Part shown: piece by piece, positions 60,414-64,000 of the stretch
Layout of the letters: every line of letters begins with the position of its first letter
Numbering within the stretch: position 1 is the stretch's first letter
DNA from: Minisyncoccota bacterium
GTDB taxonomy: Bacteria; Patescibacteriota; Minisyncoccia; Moranbacterales; UBA2206
Direction of reading: 5' to 3'
Length of the DNA: 64,000 bases
NCBI GenBank assembly: GCA_031291955.1
Contig: JARLIA010000013.1
Coordinates: 21,512 to 85,511, forward strand
Notes under the pieces: model-generated
The model's database searches: none
Told to the model about the DNA's origin: nothing
What the model saw: the letters and a program-made list of their open reading frames with translations, nothing else
Program-made: the position numbers and the translations under genes

Positions 60414-60465
60414 CCCCTCTGTCCCGATGATTACATCGTGACATCTCCCCTGATTACAGGGGAGA
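60414..60465. repeat. REP-like double-hairpin element
   Basis: TGTCCCGATG-ATTA-CATCGTGACA and TCTCCCCTG-ATTA-CAGGGGAGA, same ATTA loop in both. Confidence 0.65.
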
Positions 60466-60529
60466 ACGACAAGGAAAAGACTGTTTGCGGGAGCCGAAGA
60501 CCGGACTTGAACCGGTAACCTACGGTTTA

Positions 60530-60636
60530 CCCGCCCGAAATGCTTGAGCCCTCTGCCAGAATTGAACTGGCAACCTACGGTTTACGATACCGTTGCTCTA
60601 CCAATTGAGCTAAGAGGGCATTTCAAGCGGGCGCGG
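60530..60636. mobile_element. 107-nt palindrome-bounded insertion in the anticodon, carrying a tRNA gene
   Basis: Follows TA; arms CCCGCCCGAAAT / ATTTCAAGCGGG; boundary ambiguous by 1 nt (60531-60637). Confidence 0.65.
60547..60619 (-). tRNA. Inner intact tRNA-Thr(CGT) nested in the anticodon of the outer tRNA
   Basis: GCCCTCT TA GCTC AATTGGTA GAGC A ACGGT ATCGTAA ACCGT AGGTT GCCAG TTCAATT CTGGC AGAGGGC T, 73-nt cloverleaf; followed by CAA rather than CCA. Confidence 0.92.
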
Positions 60637-60650
60637 CGATACCGTTGCTC

Positions 60651-60686
60651 CTAGCCCGCATCGCTACGCGAAGCGTTGCGAGCGGG
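60651..60686 (-). mobile_element. 36-nt palindromic insertion in the D arm of the outer tRNA
   Basis: TA^CCCGCTCGCAACGCTTCGCGTAGCGATGCGGGCTAG; unique boundaries by comparison with the inner tRNA. Confidence 0.75.
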
Positions 60687-60717
60687 TACCAATTGAGCTA
60701 CTTCGGCGACTTATTTA

Positions 60718-60746
60718 ATATTACATAAGTATTTAAAAAAAATCAA
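60718..60746 (-). promoter_or_regulatory. Candidate promoter of the nested tRNA locus
   Basis: TTGATT (60746-41), 17-bp spacer, TAATAT (60723-18), ending 10 nt before the outer tRNA 5' end. Confidence 0.5.
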
Positions 60747-60748
60747 TT

Positions 60749-61267
60749 ATGAAGGTTTACATTTGCGAAATTTGCGGGGACGCCTACATCGGCACGGAGA
60801 AACCGCACGATTGTCCCTTTTGCGGCGCCAAAGACAATTTCATAAAACTCGGGAGCGAAGCCAAGCCGATCGTTAATGAAAAAATAGAAATCTCGGAATT
60901 GTCAAAAAAGAATTTGCTGGAAACTCTGAAACTGGAAACGGAAGCCAACGCGATTTATCTTTGCATGGCCGGGCATGCCGCGACCTACGAGATCAAAGCG
61001 ATGTATAAACGGATTGCCAAAGTGGAATTGGAGCATGCTGCGATTGTGACCAAATTGCTTGGCATGCAAATGCCGGAGATAAATCCGGAAACTTGCGCGG
61101 ATGTTGATGCGGACAATTTCAAGAGAACGATTGAATTGGAAGACCATGCTGTGGAGCTTTACAAAAAATTCGCAAGGGAAGCAGAGGAAGATAATATTCG
61201 CAAATTTTTCGGTGCCATCATGCAGGCGGAAGCGGGACACGCGGAGTTGATCAAGAGTTATCTATAA
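60749..61267 (+). CDS. Rubredoxin + ferritin-like domain protein (reverse-rubrerythrin architecture)
   Basis: CEICG...CPFCG then E..A..Y, ELEHA and EAGH diiron motifs. Confidence 0.85.
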   Translation: MKVYICEICGDAYIGTEKPHDCPFCGAKDNFIKLGSEAKPIVNEKIEISELSKKNLLETLKLETEANAIYLCMAGHAATYEIKAMYKRIAKVELEHAAIVTKLLGMQMPEINPETCADVDADNFKRTIELEDHAVELYKKFAREAEEDNIRKFFGAIMQAEAGHAELIKSYL

Positions 61268-61279
61268 ACTGACAAAAAA

Positions 61280-62384
61280 ATGACCAAAGAACTGGAAGAA
61301 AGATTGCAAAAAATCAAAAATAAAATCGCTCTTTTGAGCGACTATCTTTGACTTACCGGGCAAACTTAAAAGAATAGAAAGTCTGGAAAAAGAGTCGTCG
61401 ACGACCGGCTTTTGGGATGACGCGCAAAACGCCGGAGGAATAATGCGGGAATTGGAAGAATTGCGTTCCGAGGTCAGGATGCTTGGCGATTTGGAAAGCG
61501 AAGCGGATGAGTTGGTGGAATTTATGGAAGTTTTTTCCGAGACGGACGCGACCAGTGAAGATGAAGATAAGGAGGTGGGAGGTAGGCTGTCTGTTATGGA
61601 AAAGACAGTCGACCAGCTTGAGTTTAAGACTCTGTTTTCTGGCCAATATGATCGGAATGACGCTATTGTGACAATCATGAGCGGAGCCGGCGGGTTGGAT
61701 GCCCAAGATTGGAGCGAAATGCTGCTCCGGATGTATCTGCGCTGGGCGGAAAAAAATAATTTCCGGGCCAAGATCGTTGATGAGGCGCGCGGGCAAGAAG
61801 CGGGAATAAAAAGCGTAACTTTGGAAGTGAGTGGCTCGTATAGTTACGGGTGGCTCAAAAGCGAAGCGGGCGTTCATCGATTAGTGAGACTCTCGCCGTT
61901 TAACGCCGATAATCTCCGTCAGACTTCCTTTGCTTTGGTGGAAGTCATGCCGGTAATTGAAGAGATAAAAGAGGTCAAAATAAATCCAGCCGATCTGCGA
62001 ATCGATGTTTATCGTTCCAGCGGCGCGGGCGGCCAAGGAGTGAATACGACCGATAGCGCCGTGCGCATAACGCATATCCCGACCGGAATCATGGTTACTT
62101 GTCAGAATGAAAGATCCCAGCTGCAAAACAAAGAATCGGCCATGAAAATTCTCCGCGCCAAATTGCACCAAAAATATCTTTCCGAGCAGGAAGCGGAAAA
62201 AAGAAAATTGCGGGGCGAATCGGTAGCGGCCGAATGGGGGAGTCAGATCCGATCCTATGTCCTTCATCCTTACAAAATGGTGAAAGATCACCGCACCAAA
62301 CACGAAACCGCCCAAGCGGAGGAAGTCCTTCTTGGAAATCTTGACGAATTTATGGAAAGTTACTTGAGGTCTCTCAAGAAATAG
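61280..62384 (+). CDS. prfB: Peptide chain release factor 2 with programmed +1 frameshift at CTT-TGA (61346-61351)
   Basis: ATG 61280 reads 23 codons to CTT TGA C; the +1 frame continues DLPGK...FWDD into the 61443 ORF with SPF and GGQ motifs. Confidence 0.96.
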
Positions 62385-62418
62385 TGTATAATATTTTTAT
62401 TATCGAAGAAATTGTTTT

Positions 62419-63309
62419 ATGTTTAAACTGAAAAGTAAAAAACGTTCCGCTGAAACCGGAGAAATCGCAGAGAGCGAATTTAGCCGTGGAGAAATTGAGT
62501 CGGAGGAACCGGTTGAGCAGGAGTATCAAGATGAATATCCTGATCAATATCAAGAACCGAAACCGAATAAGAAAATCAAAAAAGAATCCGCCGCTCCTCA
62601 GACACCGCTTCGGCCAGTTTCGGCCTTGGTTAAATTTGATCATGTGAGTAAGGTTTACGGGGATAACTTCTCGGCGCTCACCGATGTTGATTTTGAGGTG
62701 CAGGAAGGGGAGTTTATTTCGATTGTCGGATCAAGCGGAGCGGGAAAGTCCACGCTTCTAAAGCTCATTTACGCCGAGGAAAAACCGACTGAAGGATATG
62801 TCTATTTTGACAGTCTGCCGCTGGCCCATATCAGCCGGCGGAGATTGCCGTATCATCGCCGACGAATCGGCACGGTCTTCCAGGATTTCAAATTGTTGCC
62901 GAAAAAAACGGCATATGAGAACGTAGCTTATGCTCTCGAAGTTTGTGGCGCGGCGGCGGAAGAGATTTTGGAAGACGTGCCGCAAATTTTGGATATCGTG
63001 GGGCTGGGCAACAAGATGGAAAAATTTCCCCATCAGCTTTCCGGCGGCGAACAACAGAAGGTTGTCTTGGCGCGGGCGCTGATCCACAAGCCGCTCATCA
63101 TCGTGGCGGACGAACCGACGGGGAATCTCGACCCGACCAACTCCATGGAAATCATCGACCTGCTTCTCAAGATCAACCAGCTGGGAACGACTGTCATTCT
63201 GGCCAGCCATGACCGGGAGATTGTCAATAAGGCTTCCAAGCGCGTGTTGGTGGTGGATGGTGGACGAATCGTTTGCGACGACGCCCAAGGTAAATATAAA
63301 ATTTGTTAA
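62419..63309 (+). CDS. ftsE: Cell division ATP-binding protein FtsE with acidic N-terminal extension
   Basis: [33 protein letters not shown]; directly upstream of ftsX. Confidence 0.92.
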   Translation: MFKLKSKKRSAETGEIAESEFSRGEIESEEPVEQEYQDEYPDQYQEPKPNKKIKKESAAPQTPLRPVSALVKFDHVSKVYGDNFSALTDVDFEVQEGEFISIVGSSGAGKSTLLKLIYAEEKPTEGYVYFDSLPLAHISRRRLPYHRRRIGTVFQDFKLLPKKTAYENVAYALEVCGAAAEEILEDVPQILDIVGLGNKMEKFPHQLSGGEQQKVVLARALIHKPLIIVADEPTGNLDPTNSMEIIDLLLKINQLGTTVILASHDREIVNKASKRVLVVDGGRIVCDDAQGKYKIC

Positions 63310-63313
63310 CAAT

Positions 63314-64000
63314 ATGTTTTTAGTCATTTATCGCACATTCAAGGAGAGTCTCACTAATTTTTGGCGGAACGGCTGGTTGTCGATCGCGGCGGTGAGCGTT
63401 CTTTTGCTGTCACTCTATGTCGTTGGGACGCTCTATGTCACGGTGGTCACCGCCGACAATGTTTTGGGGAGCGTCGAAAGTCGGATCAACATCAGCGTCT
63501 ATTTCAAATCGGACGCGACCGAAGATCAAATCATGCAGGCTAAAAGCCAATTGGAAAGCAACAATGAAGTTAAGTCGGTCGAATATATCTCCAAAGACCA
63601 AGCGCTTTCCGATTTCAAAGCCAGCAATGCCAATGAGCCGGTCATCATGCAGTCGCTTCAGGAAATCGGCGGCAATCCGCTTCTGGCGTCTTTAGTCATC
63701 AAAGCCAACGACCCGAATAACTATCAGGACATCGCCAATTATGTTTCCAGTGCTTCTTTCAAGGATCAGATCAGTCGGGTGAATTATGCCAAAAACAAGG
63801 ATGTTATCGATAATTTAAACAGCGTTGTGGGTCGCATCAAAAAAGTCGGCTCGATCCTGGCTATCATTTTTGGTGTCGTGTCTATTTTGATTATCTTCAA
63901 TACTATCCGCATCACGATCTACACTCATCGCCAGGAAATCGAAGTGATGCGTCTGGTGGGCGCGGGCAATACCTATATCCGCCTGCCGTTTCTTTTTGAG
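63314..64000 (+). CDS. ftsX: Cell division permease FtsX, 3'-truncated by window edge
   Basis: Hand translation MFLVIYRTFKESLTNFWRNGWLS...ISVYF...NTIRITIYTHRQEIEVMRLVGA...IRLPF. Confidence 0.93.
   Translation, partial: MFLVIYRTFKESLTNFWRNGWLSIAAVSVLLLSLYVVGTLYVTVVTADNVLGSVESRINISVYFKSDATEDQIMQAKSQLESNNEVKSVEYISKDQALSDFKASNANEPVIMQSLQEIGGNPLLASLVIKANDPNNYQDIANYVSSASFKDQISRVNYAKNKDVIDNLNSVVGRIKKVGSILAIIFGVVSILIIFNTIRITIYTHRQEIEVMRLVGAGNTYIRLPFLFE

Larger units (their letters stand above)
60492..60707 (-). tRNA. Outer tRNA-Thr(CGT), interrupted by two insertions (segments 60707-60687, 60650-60638, 60530-60492; 73 nt joined)
   Basis: Joined sequence GCCGAAG TA GCTC AATTGGTA GAGC A ACGGT ATCGTAA ACCGT AGGTT ACCGG TTCAAGT CCGGT CTTCGGC T folds to a fully paired cloverleaf; CCA not encoded; functional status unknown. 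Confidence 0.8.

Noticed and set aside
60530-60686. Group I intron or archaeal bulge-helix-bulge intron explanation for the tRNA insertions
   Set aside because: 36 and 107 nt are too short for a group I core, the upstream exon does not end in U, and I could not draw a canonical 3-4-3 BHB at either junction
60492-60707. Prophage or ICE attachment-site duplication of the tRNA
   Set aside because: No integrase in the window; the duplicate is full-length, nested, and differs at the 3' end that att sites normally preserve
1-64000. Alternative genetic code (TGA as Gly, as in Gracilibacteria)
   Set aside because: Conserved genes end at TGA at expected lengths and prfB with its UGA-dependent frameshift is present

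Overview
Chromosomal segment from a small-genome bacterium, inferred to be Patescibacteria/CPR (Parcubacteria-like). The basis is gene content (DUF4012, a PEGA beta-propeller protein, a GT-C expansion), the scarcity of Shine-Dalgarno sites and use of TGA as stop. The first ~40 kb is a cell-surface glycan region. It holds ugd, GT4/GT2 glycosyltransferases, a GH28 hydrolase, seven ArnT/PMT-like GT-C membrane glycosyltransferases (six in tandem, one split at a G6 tract), a HasA/NodC/PgaC-like synthase with deacetylases, rmlCBA and a WecA/MraY-type transferase. An AT-rich AbrB + Schlafen/AlbA_2 cassette interrupts it. The rest is housekeeping and redox: prmC-prfA, rmlD, SemiSWEET, glyA, lysS, a MacB-type ABC system, an orphan purM, dsbA, a four-subunit pyruvate:ferredoxin oxidoreductase, prfB with its +1 frameshift, and ftsEX. 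The top finding is a nested tRNA locus at 60492-60707 (- strand). A tRNA-Thr(CGT) gene is split by two related palindromic insertions, and the one in the anticodon carries a second complete tRNA-Thr(CGT) with an identical D/anticodon arm but different, fully paired acceptor and T stems. Other notable items are a candidate ~60-nt RNA with a near-consensus promoter convergent on a NYN RNase gene, two genes missed by the ORF track (an AbrB-like protein and a 34-aa Lys-rich H1-like peptide), and an 18-nt extended SD-like motif shared by two divergent genes. Family calls are from motif recognition only; no searches were run.
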